From Octopus bimaculoides (lineage: Eukaryota): a stretch of DNA of 64,000 nt. Positions within the stretch are counted from its first letter, which is position 1. Every line of letters begins with the position of its first letter. Below the pieces are notes generated by a model, which saw nothing but the letters and a program-made list of their open reading frames with translations, searched no databases and had not been told where the DNA came from. The DNA lies in contig NC_068993.1 of the NCBI RefSeq assembly GCF_001194135.2, positions 39,706,413 to 39,770,412 of the forward strand, written 5' to 3'. The position numbers and the translations under genes were made by a program. Of this stretch, positions 12,226-24,941 are shown in pieces.

Positions 12226-13219
12226 CATAGAGGAAAATCACAAAAACTTACAGTCACACATGGACAAGAGCATTCATAAACATCTGTAGCGCTCCGGCCA
12301 CGCCCTCCCACCACCAACACCACCGACACATTTTACAGTTAGATTTACGTTTACATTTACATATACGGCCAAACACAGAAAGACAAAATTCACTATTGCT
12401 CACTATTGCTCACTATTGCGCACTCCCATATAAACACATAGAGCTTTGAAGAACATTACTCAATTGACAGTGTATGAACATTTTGTTATAACGTTGATGA
12501 AAAACCTTATATCTTTTGTAAATCACCATTAATATCTCATTGCTTTCAATGGTTCTTATTATTTCTTTTAGCAGAAATTTTTCCATTGACATATCCCCCA
12601 TTTGCTCACACGTTCCAGTGCTTGTGTGCAGGTCGAAGCAATCTCTGTGACATCTCAAATCTGTAGACCATTCAAGCTTTTGTTGATACGACACTCACCA
12701 GACCACGAACAACGGAACTAAGACGCAATAAAACCCAGATTTCTAAGAGATTCACTTATTAACAACATTCTGACTTCACAATAAAACGTTTCTTAATTTC
12801 TTAAGAGTCATGTGAAGGTAACCTACAACTTTTACGAATTGATGCTGACGGTGCAAACGCTATTTATTATTTTTATTATTATCACTATTATTATTATTAT
12901 TGATAATATTCAGATGATTGTTTGAAAATGATGGATTTAAAGAAAGAGATAATATAGAAACAGGCGAGTGTGCATAAAAGACCTTCTCTCTTGTTTACAG
13001 GAAATAAGATTTTAGAAGATTGAGCCTGATTCAATAGGAAAACTAATATTAAAAGTAAAATTGAAAAACATCGACTGTATGCTTTAACTTTGACCGACAA
13101 ATAGCTAATGAACAAGAAATTCGAGCTATAGAAGGCAGATTCAAAATGCCAATACATCGTCACCTGCCTGTGGACACAGCAAGAGGAGAAAGGGAGAGAG
13201 AGAGAGGGAGAGAGAGAGA

Positions 13220-13254
<35 letters not shown>

Positions 13255-13765
13255 TGACCAGAACGAGAGATTGAGTGAGGGTAAAAGATAAAGAGAGCAC
13301 ATCGAACGTAAATGCGAGATAGAGTGAATTATGAGATGAAGAAACATTTGAAGATAATTCTAAGTAAATATCGCGACAATTTATTTCGTTCTTCAATGAC
13401 TCAAATGGTAGAATAGTCGAAAGACGAAATATTACGCCTAATATGAAACTATTAGTAAGTGACAGGCATGCAATTTGCTTAGCCCAAGATCATCCCTGGT
13501 TGAGCGNNNNNNNNNNNNNNNNNNNNNNNNNNNNNNNNNNNNNNNNNNNNNNNNNNNNNNNNNNNNNNNNNNNNNNNNNNNNNNNNNNNNNNNNNNNNNN
13601 NNNNNNNNNNNNNNNNNNNNNNNNNNNNNNNNNNNNNNNNNNNNNNNNNNNNNNNNNNNNNNNNNNNNNNNNNNNNNNNNNNNNNNNNNNNNNNNNNNNN
13701 NNNNNNNNNNNNNNNNNNNNNNNNNNNNNNNNNNNNNNNNNNNNNNNNNNNNNNNNNNNNNNNNN

Positions 13766-13806
<41 letters not shown>

Positions 13807-14016
13807 GTATATATATATACATACATATATATATATATGTACATATGTATGTATATATACACATATATATATACCTGTATATAAAAATATACATACATAC
13901 ATATATATGTGTGTGTGTATTTGTATGCGTATATACATAGGTAGGTAGATATGTTTATATTTATGTATATATAAATCTTTGTATGTATATATGTGCTTAT
14001 GTATATCTCTCTCCCT

Positions 14017-14069
<53 letters not shown>

Positions 14070-14229
14070 TTACATGCACATATTTACTTCGTGTCCGCCT
14101 TTGCAAAAGGCAATCATTCTACGCCTTCTCGAAGTTTATATAAGAAAAATCTCATGACGTCAACGACATACAATTTTCACTGGTAAGAATTAAATTTGTA
14201 AAGCGGTCAGAGTAATTTGAGGAATTCTT

Positions 14230-14303
14230 TGCCACAATGGTAAAACGCCTGTCGCGTTCACAGGAGATTTGGGTTCGAAACCATGGGCTTGAAACCGACA
14301 TTT
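14230..14303 (+). pseudogene. solitary tRNA-like relic with Pol III A/B boxes
   Basis: A-box-like TGCCACAATGG, 5-bp stem CCTGT/ACAGG with a 7-nt loop, perfect B box GGTTCGAAACC, TTTT shortly downstream. No acceptor stem. Confidence 0.35.
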
Positions 14304-14779
14304 TCTATCTATAAAGCTGTAATACATCAATATTTGTGTGCTATTATTTATAGCGTTGTTTGCTTCGAGATCCACGAAAGAATCATTTCACGTTTTCTTG
14401 GACTTTATAAAAGTTCCTAAATAGGTATATATTCTTCCAGTTGTTTTAGTCTTTGGACTGCAGCCATGATAGACCAACGCCTTGAAGGTGTAAGAGGAAC
14501 AAATCTCTCCCGATGCTAAATATTTTGAAACTTATTCTTTCAAGGACATAAAACAAAAGCGATTGTGAAAAAGGTCTGGGAGGTAAACACAATGATCGAA
14601 TTGGTTGGCCCTGGGCAATAATAGAAATCATTCCTTAAGAGGACACACAATGAACCGAAAACCATAAGATTGCAAACCTGAATCTATACCACACGCGTCC
14701 ATGCGTGCGCCTATACACACACTCCCGCACACACATACACACACACACACAGACACAGACACAGACACACACACATACA

Positions 14780-14813
<34 letters not shown>

Positions 14814-14882
14814 NNNNNNNNNNNNNNNNNNNNNNNNNNNNNNNNNNNNNNNNNNNNNNNNNNNNNNNNNNNNNNNNNNNNN

Positions 14883-14918
<36 letters not shown>

Positions 14919-15680
14919 AAATGAAAAACGAAAGATGAAATATACGAGAATTTTTATTAATGACAATTGTTTCAACAGATCTAGCATCAATCCCTCACGG
15001 GTGGAACACTTAACAACTGGATCAGGAGCGTCCTGCGGTGCAGATGTGTCTCATCGGTTGATAAATTGATACGACTCCTTAACATAACACTTCCACAATG
15101 TATCTTCTTGTATCGTAAAAAAAAGTAAAAGGACCAATACGAAGGAAATACTTTCGTTTATATACGATCAAAAATAAAATCACTGATGCAAAAAAGAAAC
15201 GAACACGCAATACAGCGAGAAAAGTATTAAAAATAACCGTTAACGTATATGGATGTATAAAAGCCTTCACGCAATCTCCATGGCGCGTGTACTCTCGCTC
15301 ATACAAGCATCCACGAAAATGTAAGCATACACATACGTGTGGTTTGGTGCACACACGATCACAAAGCGAGCTACGTAGCTACTTGATGTTTATAAGAATG
15401 GAGAGGCTAAAGTAAATTATGGTCACAGTTACTCAAATTCATTCCGCTCATACAGTGACCAATGGTTTCGCATCCACAAAGCCACAAAGATGTTATGTAA
15501 TTCGACCGGAAATATTATGAAGGAGACTTAGCTGCTGCTTCTCGTATGTCGATTAACTGCACATAGGCTTTCTTTTATAGTATATGCTTTCGTTGGTACT
15601 TAACCCTGTGTTTACTCTTGCTCGAACAGACACATTCCAGTCGTCATCCCAAATCTACAATTATATTTTTTTATCTGCTA

Positions 15681-16076
15681 TCTTTTATTTGTTTTAATCA
15701 TTAGACTGTGGCCATGCTGGGGCACCGCCCTGAAGAATTTTTAGTCATATGAATCGACCCAAGCAGCTTTTTTTTATTTTTAATCGTGATACTCATTCTT
15801 CTCGGATCGTTCTTGCTGAACCGATAAGTTACGGGGACGTAAACACATCAACACCTATTGTCAAGTGAGGCTGGTGGTGGTGGGAGGCACAAACACAGAC
15901 ACAATGACATATATATACACATATACACGACTGGCTTCTTTCAGTTTCCGTCTACCAAATCTACTCACAAGGTTTTGGACGACCCGGGACTATTGTACAA
16001 GGCACTTGTCCAAGATAAAACGCAGTGGGACTGAACCAAGAACCATGTGGTTCAGAAGCAACCTTCTCAACACACA
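15681..16076 (-). mobile_element. near full-length SINE family A
   Basis: Reverse complement of the 2518-2875 element, including the 3' module, the internal microsatellite and the head (GCAGTGGGACTGAACC). Confidence 0.9.
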
Positions 16077-16445
16077 AATTTTCTTTGTGAGTAAATCGAG
16101 GGAAAGGTTTTGCTGCTCTTTCTAGCGAGCTACGCTAATGCGTCCGTCATTTACTCATGTAATATATAGTGGTAGAATAATTGGCAAAACATCAGGGTGC
16201 CCAATTAAACGTTTTATAGTAGTCTAACATACTCTGTGTTTAAATCCCAACGGAGGCCATTTAGAAATTTATAATTTCCAATGAATAAAAAAAAAAGTAC
16301 CAGTAATATCAAATTGCTATGTCAATTAAATATGCACCATTGTCAGCAAAAATTTCGTTTTACATGTAGGAGTGCTCTTCACGGTCGATCAACCTGCTCG
16401 AAGTATCAGTTAACTCAAATTATATCTATTTGTTTTCCTTTTAAT

Positions 16446-16771
16446 CAGTGATTCTCAACCAGGGTCCATATAAGATATTTGGGGGCTCAGATAAGCAAAA
16501 TAATCAATTGGGCACCCGCGGTAGTGTATTGAAAGTGCATGATAAAATGTTACTTTCGTAGTATTTATTGCAAGAAAAAGCTACGGTTCTTTCTCTGACA
16601 TTTTACAGAATTCACTTAACACAAGTTAATGTGCGGGAAGCAAAATACGAATTTTGAAAGAAGTATCCATACAACTAGATTTTAAACATCAAATGGGTTT
16701 GGGGGTCCACCAGAATAAAATAATAATTAAGGGAGTCCTTGGGTAAAATAAAAGACAGTTGAGAACCATTG
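16446..16771. mobile_element. hAT-type non-autonomous DNA transposon (MITE), 326 bp
   Basis: TIRs CAGTGATTCTCAAC / GTTGAGAACCATTG (12 of 14 match). Flanking 8-mers CTTTTAAT / CTTCAAAT (6 of 8) fit an 8-bp hAT target-site duplication. Confidence 0.8.
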
Positions 16772-17898
16772 CTTCAAATGGACATACATACACATTATGT
16801 GATGAAATTTCCATACGAAAACTCAAAAACCGAATAAGGCGACCACATCGAGAACACGTTTGGTTATAAGTGAGCTCAATCAGATAAAGATTTGGCTAAA
16901 TAACGTACTCAACAATAGCAATAAAATCTCAGTATAGGACTAACAAGTGGGCTCTACGTAGATGTTTGACTTGCTAGAAGCAGCAGCCAACGAAACTTCA
17001 CTGTATTAAAAAGAAAGGACCAAATCATCAACTTTGCTATGTATTTGATTATGGACCTCTTCGGGGAAGGCTAAACAAGAGCTGCACAAGGACAACAAAA
17101 CGCATCCAAATATGGCTTCGATGAAGCTATACGAAGTTGCACAAGCACTCAGTTCTGAGGACACTGCTTTTTATTGCGCAAACAGCTGCAAGATAATGAA
17201 GGTGGTTACATAGTTCTGTATGTACGAATGTATGCATGTATGTATCTCTCTTTATCTATCTATCAATCTATCTATCTATCTGTCTGTCTATATATATATA
17301 TATATATNNNNNNNNNNNNNNNNNNNNNNNNNNNNNNNNNNNNNNNNNNNNNNNNNNNNNNNNNNNNNNNNNNNNNNNNNNNNNNNNNNNNNNNNNNNNN
17401 NNNNNNNNNNNNNNNNNNNNNNNNNNNNNNNNNNNNNNNNNNNNNNNNNNNNNNNNNNNNNNNNNNNNNNNNNNNNNNNNNNNNNNNNNNNNNNNNNNNN
17501 NNNNNNNNNNNNNNNNNNNNNNNNNNNNNNNNNNNNNNNNNNNNNNNNNNNNNNNNNNNNNNNNNNNNNNNNNNNNNNNNNNNNNNNNNNNNNNNNNNNN
17601 NNNNNNNNNNNNNNNNNNNNNNNNNNNNNNNNNNNNNNNNNNNNNNNNNNNNNNNNNNNNNNNNNNNNNNNNNNNNNNNNNNNNNNNNNNNNNNNNNNNN
17701 NNNNNNNNNNNNNNNNNNNNNNNNNNNNNNNNNNNNNNNNNNNNNNNNNNNNNNNNNNNNNNNNNNNNNNNNNNNNNNNNNNNNNNNNNNNNNNNNNNNN
17801 NNNNNNNNNNNNNNNNNNNNNNNNNNNNNNNNNNNNNNNNNNNNNNNNNNNNNNNNNNNNNNNNNNNNNNNNNNNNNNNNNNNNNNNNNNNNNNNNNN

Positions 17899-17930
<32 letters not shown>

Positions 17931-18315
17931 CATATATTGAAATGTGTGTGTGGTATTACTTGTGGAGAAGAAGGCTAAGCCCAGACGTCGTAGAAAACTC
18001 GACGCAAGTGAGCGTCGATGTACTCTTATTAAATATATTGACTATTAAGGCTGTACATTCACATAATTTCTTTCGAGGATCGTCAAACAATAAAGTACGT
18101 CTGGACCACCCGTCTAAAACATACCTGTTTATGTGTCTAGCACTTGCAATATGAAATATATAAATAGGTGTGGTTCCTTATGGGAAAATACGAGGCATTG
18201 TTTGGTGAACAATGGATTGTTGTTAGCGTTGTGTTGAAAAGTATTTTACGGGCGAAGTAATGTTTTTAGTGCTATTCAATGTAAGTTCAGTTCTTCACAA
18301 GTGATCTTTAATCTT

Positions 18316-18390
18316 GTATTTGTTTCAGTCATTGGATTGCGGCCAAACTGGAACACCGCGTTGAAGAGTTTAGCTGAACAAATCGATTTA
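18316..18390 (-). mobile_element. SINE family A 3' module fragment
   Basis: TTGTTTCAGTCATTGGATTGCGGCCAAACTGGAACACCGC matches the family A tail. Further tail fragments lie at about 14438-14490, 35250-35330 and 53887-53998. Confidence 0.75.
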
Positions 18391-18599
18391 AGGACTTTTA
18401 TTATATGCACAGGAAACATTCACAGGCACATATATACATGCACATACATACACATACATATACACGCAAACATGCATACACACTCACACAGGTTTAGTGC
18501 TGTATCGCAAGAAAGAGCTATGGATGCCATACGGCAGTATATATACATACACACGACAAACTGGTTGGCATTAGGAAGGAAATGAAGCTTTAGAAACTG

Positions 18600-18719
18600 T
18601 ATTACTGCAAACATTATAGCTTGACGCAGTCCACTGGTTCCTCAGACCCTGTGGAACTGATTGAGCCATACCAGCATGGAAAACGGACCTTAAACGGAGG
18701 TGTTGGGGGGGGGTGAGGA

Positions 18720-18748
<29 letters not shown>
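18600..18748 (+). mobile_element. retroposon 3' end with (GAT)n tail
   Basis: CCATACCAGCATGGAAAACGGACCTTAAAC, then a G-run and (GAT)n, an RTE-type tail architecture (inference). Confidence 0.5.
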
Positions 18749-18751
<3 letters not shown>

Positions 18752-19057
18752 TATGAAAATGATTACGTCTAAAACAAAAAAAATAATTCTGCTCTATCAG
18801 ACTTTGGTAAATGTAGCTTTGAACAGGAAGAATTAGTTTCATCAGAATATTTCTAAATGATCATTCTAGACCGTAAAAACCTTCCCGGTGGCGGTTCAGC
18901 AATGGTAACCATATTAATACCCATATACTTTCCTTTGTTTGCAACCTAGCTCCTCTTTCTTCTTCCACAGCCAGACAAATTATGTTTCTATGACCTCGTT
19001 CATTCTGTTAAGAACTTATTTTCTCCGTCGTTTTTCTTTTTACTATGATGGTTGAAC

Positions 19058-19058
<1 letters not shown>

Positions 19059-19131
<73 letters not shown>
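19059..19131. repeat. (CTAT)n microsatellite
   Basis: About 18 perfect units. Confidence 0.95.
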
Positions 19132-19133
<2 letters not shown>

Positions 19134-19386
19134 GTGTGTATATATGTATATATGCATAAATGTGTATATTTATGTATATATTTGAATGTATATATCTATA
19201 AATATGCATATTTATGCGTATATTATATATATATGTATACACACACACACACACACATACATCTTTGTCAATATCAAGTGCATATATGCAGACAGTGTGA
19301 TACACACATGCATATACAGACATATACATATACGAATGCACATACACACACATGCATACGCACGCACACACACACACACACACACT

Positions 19387-19434
<48 letters not shown>

Positions 19435-19553
19435 NNNNNNNNNNNNNNNNNNNNNNNNNNNNNNNNNNNNNNNNNNNNNNNNNNNNNNNNNNNNNNNNNN
19501 NNNNNNNNNNNNNNNNNNNNNNNNNNNNNNNNNNNNNNNTAGATAGATAGATC

Positions 19554-19589
<36 letters not shown>

Positions 19590-20147
19590 TGCATATGTGT
19601 ATCGCAGTTCGCATAGGCATATATACATGTAATGTAGTCAAAGTTAAGATAGCAAATATCCATTGATATACTAAAATATTGGTGGTGTTAATGCAAGTAT
19701 GTTATATCAGTTTAATTGCTACATATGATGACGTCATTGCAGTATTTCAATACACATAGTTGACGTCATTTCAACACATTATACCTTAATTATACACTAA
19801 AATTAATTGAAGCCCTTAATTGAATACTTAACTTTAACGGCTTGGCAAATATAATGAATTTCATTTGCATTTGTTTTTGGAATCAATTTATATATCATAT
19901 GTCACATAGTGATACACACAAGCTCGCACTCCGATGTCACGGTCAACCCTCTTCTTGCAAAAGTTTAATAGATATAGTTATGAGCGCATATGTGTATGCA
20001 TGTGTATATATATGTATATATATGAACATGTATATGTATCTATATATACACGTGTATATATATATATATATATGTATGTATATAGATAGATAGATAGATA
20101 GATATAGATATGTATCTGTAATATGATATGTGACAATTATTCGGTTG

Positions 20148-20216
20148 CCATAATAAAACTCCGAGTTTCGGATGTCGGGGCGGAAATCTGCTCCGGCATC
20201 TCGTCAGTTTTCAAGG
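20148..20216 (-). ncRNA. type I hammerhead-ribozyme-like motif, probably from a Penelope-like or retrozyme terminal repeat
   Basis: Minus strand: CCTTGAAAA-CTGACGA-GATGCCGGAGCAGA-TT-TCCGCCCCGACATC-C-GAAA-CTC-G-GAG-T-T-TTATTATGG. This gives the CUGANGA core, a long helix II, GAAA, a palindromic helix III, a GUU cleavage triplet and 7 of 9 pairs in helix I. Confidence 0.6.
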
Positions 20217-20581
20217 TAATCAAGGTAATAAAAAAAAAATGTCACATATTATAATACAGACAAATTCCTCTATCGAGGTCTTATGCATTCTTTTGTTGTC
20301 ATACCATTACTCTTAATATNNNNNNNNNNNNNNNNNNNNNNNNNNNNNNNNNNNNNNNNNNNNNNNNNNNNNNNNNNNNNNNNNNNNNNNNNNNNNNNNN
20401 NNNNNNNNNNNNNNNNNNNNNNNNNNNNNNNNNNNNNNNNNNNNNNNNNNNNNNNNNNNNNNNNNNNNNNNNNNNNNNNNNNNNNNNNNNNNNNNNNNNN
20501 NNNNNNNNNNNNNNNNNNNNNNNNNNNNNNNNNNNNNNNNNNNNNNNNNNNNNNNNNNNNNNNNNNNNNNNNNNNNNNNNN

Positions 20582-20629
<48 letters not shown>

Positions 20630-20709
20630 TACATACATACATACATACATACATACATACATACATAAATACATATATACATCATAAATACATACATAGA
20701 TGCATGTAT

Positions 20710-21257
20710 ATATACAATAGACCTGGCATAATGATCTGGGATAGAGAAGAGAGATTGTGTACAGCTGTGGAAATCAACTGCTCAACAGATGGTAACATAA
20801 AGCTAACGATCAGCGAAAAACAAATTACCTACGCTGAACTATCAAGAAATTTGCAGTTACTCTATCCAGACTACAAGTTCATGCTTATACCTGTAATTAT
20901 TGGGCACTGGGCTATGTAACACACTTCCTAAATACCAATCTTGAGAAATTAGGCTTCTTAAAAGCAGAAAGAAGAAAGCTGATTTGAAGACCACAGATTC
21001 ATTCCATCACTGGAACTGTAAAAATCTATATAACTTTTTAGAAGTTTATCGTTTAAGTATATATGAGAATGTTTAGATATGCAAGTATATGCATATGAAT
21101 ACATACATTAAAACGAAACATACAAGGCTGTACATATATATACGTACAAAAATGCTCTGTTGATGTTGTTGAAATTCCAGTGAAGAAGCCTTGGATCTAG
21201 GTTAGAAAGCGGGTCTTTTCTCTATTGGCAAGAAATTTTGAAATAAAACTGAATAAT
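20710..21257 (+). mobile_element. R4/Dong/NeSL-like non-LTR retrotransposon 3' relic (restriction-like endonuclease domain plus 3' UTR)
   Basis: YNRPGIMIWDREERLCTAVEINCSTDGNIKLTISEKQITYAELSRNLQLLYPDYKFMLIPVIIG, then a frameshift to LGYVTHFLNTNLEKLGF...TGTVKI. This matches the RLE pattern RPD..D...(V/I)E...EK..Y. AATAAA precedes (TA)n. Confidence 0.85.
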
Positions 21258-21372
21258 GGCATATATATATATATATANNNNNNNNNNNNNNNNNNNNNNN
21301 NNNNNNNNNNNNNNNNNNNNNNNNNNNNNNNNNNNNNNNNNNNNNNNNNNNNNNNNNNNNNNNNNNTATATA

Positions 21373-21587
21373 CGAGGGGTGCTGAAAAGTTCCTAGTTTT
21401 AACGGTTTCATGAAAGGCCTGGTTGGAGGCCCAAACTTCCGCTTTCTCTTACAGGGCTTAGATAAACTGAAAGATAGCTGCAATAAGTGTTTGATTCTGA
21501 CAGGGGAATATGTTTAATAAAATAATAATTAACTGATTTTCCTGTATTTTCTTTTATCCAAGGCCAGGAACTTTTCAGCACTCACAG
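21373..21587 (+). mobile_element. mariner-derived MITE (internally deleted Tc1/mariner)
   Basis: TA-flanked TIRs CGAGGGGTGCTGAAAAGTTCCT / AGGAACTTTTCAGCACTCACAG. Internal FLQGLDKLKDSCNKCLILTGEYV* is a mariner transposase C-terminus. Confidence 0.9.
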
Positions 21588-22084
21588 TATATCTCTCTTA
21601 AAAATACGTCGATATTTATAGCTAAACGTACGCATCTCATTATCGTATATATATACATACACGTGTGTGTGTGTTTGCGTGTGAGTATACAGGCATTTGA
21701 GCCTACGAAGAGGAAGTAAAGAACTCAGTATAAGACTTGTAGGCAAATTATTTAATATATTACTGTGATTCGTTAAGCTGGGCAATAACATACTAATTTC
21801 TGAAGTACAGTTTGTGTATGTAAATTATAATTTTCTTTATATGAATTTTCCTTGATTTCAAAGCCTATAAAAAGAATAACTGCTAAACTGTATACATAAT
21901 ATTATTCTCCAATTCATATATTTTGAGATATAGGCGCAAGATGCAAGTTATACTCGAAATGCTGTATGTAAAAGAAAGGAGCTAAAGAAAGAGAAAGGTT
22001 AAAATGGTGTAGTATTAGAAAACGTTGAAAGGCATTATGTTGGAGAGCTCTCTCACTGGAGTTTGCATGATAATAATGAATACA

Positions 22085-22775
22085 TATCGAATTTAAAAAA
22101 GTGTTGCACATTTTTACTGTACCGCTTAGAAATTGTATCTGTAAAGTTTGTGTTAGCGGTCTGTTTCTTTGCTTGAAAATCCTAGTTTCTCCAGATTGTG
22201 GCTCGGGCTTTTTCTAACATAATCAAGTGTACTAATAATTAATGGTATGAATGTTAATTTGGAGTCATAGTGGAGAGATTAGAGATTTCGAGACAGATGT
22301 CCATAGATATTGGCCTTCTCGCAGATTTTAAAGAAAATGTTCGTATTTGTGAGACAACTAGACTTTTCGGTCCCTATTATCTATGGTCTGTTATATTATT
22401 AGGTCTGTTATATTTGCACTCATAGATATTTTGACAGGAATATCCCACCAATATTCCTTGTGCTGTTATGCATGTATTCCATAGCAGGTGTTAACATTTA
22501 TCTCCGGGAAGTCTTTTCTGAGGATGGCATTGTATATCTTTTTAGCAAGAACATTATGTCACAGTAGGAGGTAGTACCTTGAAGACATTTTTGGATAGCT
22601 GCTGAATACATGTGTTATGTCATCTTCAGAATTGTGGCATTATCGAAACTTGCAGTTGCATCTTAGAATTTTAATGGCTTCGCTGTCTCTTTTCTTTACG
22701 TGATATTTTCTAGCTCATAGATTCCGAAAACATAGCCTTCAACTGATGACTTGATGGAGCGGTCGTGAGTGAAGG
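22085..22775 (-). mobile_element. R4/Dong/NeSL-like non-LTR retrotransposon relic (CCHC zinc knuckle plus RLE), multiply frameshifted
   Basis: Minus-strand fragments SSVEGYVFGIYE; CKFR*CHNSEDDITHVFSSYPKMSSRYYLLL*HNVLAKKIYNAI; EYWWDIPVK; CKYNRPN; EKANIYGHLSRNL; FIPLIISTLDYV; LEKLGFSSKE; LQIQFLSGTVKMCNTF. Confidence 0.85.
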
Positions 22776-24591
22776 AAAAGCTACACTTCACGTTAATCTT
22801 GTTATTTTTATCTAGATTACGGGAAACATACGCAAGCGTAGTCTTTTCCTCTTATATAGTAAGAGCCTAGCACTTCAGAGTGTGTATGTATGTATGTATG
22901 TATGTATGTATGTATGCGCGTGGTCTCTCATTAGAAAAAAATGACAGTGATTCACTAAAAGGGAAAGTACAATCGTTAAAGCATTTTAAGTTTTATCAAT
23001 CGTTAAAGCATCATTTGAAGCTAAATATTTTTTAAGTTAGTAGATTATTTTATTTGTTAAATGCATTGATTTCGTAAATTATCAGCATATTTAGCATGAA
23101 ATCGATTTAAGAATTTGATGGCATAAAGCTCATACGGCATTTTGAATCTAGCGGATACATTTGATATTTTGCGCAATCACAGAGACTAGTTTCTCTATTG
23201 CTATTATTACTTGCGACGTTGGCTTCACTAGAGATCTTTCCTGAATTATTTCCCCTATTTTCTGAGTTATTTACGATACCCCTAATGATGTCAGTTTAGA
23301 TACTGCACTTTCTGACAGTTCTGTCAACTCTTTCTCTGTTGGCGAGGTACTTTTCCATGGTTGGTTCCCGTTGATTGTCAGTTCTATTATTATCGCTCTT
23401 CTGACGCCTAGTACGATTAATTATGGTTTCGTCGCTTATGTTAATATCGGACAATTTAAAGGAATATATTACTCAATACACAATACTAATAAATGAGCAA
23501 CCAGAACCCCCAAGAGATGAACCAAACCTAACTAAATACTTCTATGTAGACAATGTGCGAATTCAACAGGTAGCATACAGAACAATTAGGAAACACTGCA
23601 AAAAAGAAAAACAGGCTTGACCTAATTTTAAGATCATGCTCCACCTACAGCTACTGCTGGAGTGAGCTATAGGTCAGGTTCCTATAAACAGCAACATCGC
23701 TATCTTCTACTGAACACTGAACAACAAACACTTACTTCATCTAAAGTACAGAAACTTGTAAAACTACACTGACAATATAGCAAGGTTTGCATTTGCAGTA
23801 TGCAGTCGCTGCAGTGGAAACACGTGTAGGTTATGGTAATATACTGTAAATAACTGTAAAATAAATTTTCGATGTTTCTCCATATTATAAATGTTATTTT
23901 ACACGCTACAGAACGTTTGCAGTTCTGAGTAGGATATTTACTAATATCTAACAACTTATTGTAAACAAGGGTATCAAATTCGGACCATACTGTTAGCAGA
24001 CATCTGGAAGCGAACTGCCAGCAAACACGGTATCCGCCTGGATAATACAGCCTTGCAAACTCACAATATATTAGGGATATGTACTTGCATAGGAAGTGAC
24101 TTCATCTGAGATCGAGTGTTGAAACAAAAACAATTGCAGCGTGGAAGATATTTGTAAGTCACTGAAGATCACACAAAAACCGTTAGTTTCACTTCAACAT
24201 TTAATTTTCGTTTATCAAAATGTTTTCGTCGCTTATATNNNNNNNNNNATGTATGTATGTATTCACACTTACACACACACACACACGTACATACACACAT
24301 ATGCACAGAAACATGTTCAGATAAACAAACGCACGCGCGTGCTACTGAGTGTTAATCAGTTCCACATTTAATTTCATCTGGGTTCACAGCAACAAATGTC
24401 AGGTTCAGAACATAAGGAACAAAAAAAAAAAAAAGAAATGAAATACAATACACAACTACTGAACNNNNNNNNNNACAAATGTCAGGTTCAGAACATAAGG
24501 AACAAAAAAAAAAAAAAGAAATGAAATACAATACACAACTACTGAACTCCCAATGATCTGCGTCATTACCACCTACCAGACCCATTACAGC

Positions 24592-24606
24592 TACTACTAC
24601 AACAAA

Positions 24607-24661
<55 letters not shown>

Positions 24662-24702
24662 GCTACTACAATTACTACTAGTACTACTAGTAACAGTAGT
24701 AG
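24592..24702. repeat. (TAC)n microsatellite
   Basis: Visible tandem units. Confidence 0.95.
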
Positions 24703-24704
24703 GA

Positions 24705-24941
24705 ATGCGAGAGGGTAATGTAAAAGGGATACCAGTGGGGATCAGAGCGTTGGGCTCAATCCCATTGAAACTTCAAGCCTTCTTAAGGCAACTGGAAATC
24801 CCATGCAAGATTGATGTCTTGCAAAAAGCAATCTTCTTAAGCGCACATCTTAAGGAAAGTATTATCTGTCTGAGATCTTTCTTGTTACTTGACAGATGAC
24901 TAAAGACTCCGGTGCATTTTTACCTACACCGTGTTACGAAG

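Noticed and set aside
12413-12694. 93-aa minus-strand ORF
   Set aside because: No recognisable motif or splice context, and the length is within chance expectation.
17999-18018. GC-rich 7-bp hairpin as a possible Helitron 3' terminator
   Set aside because: No CTRR end at the expected distance and no linked Helitron sequence.
23280-24120. Possible Penelope/GIY-YIG coding relic
   Set aside because: Manual translation of the parts I examined gave no GIY-YIG or RT motifs; left unassigned.
24392-24547. 73-bp exact direct repeat
   Set aside because: The two copies flank a 10-N gap (24465-24474), the signature of an unmerged contig overlap, so this is most likely an assembly artefact.
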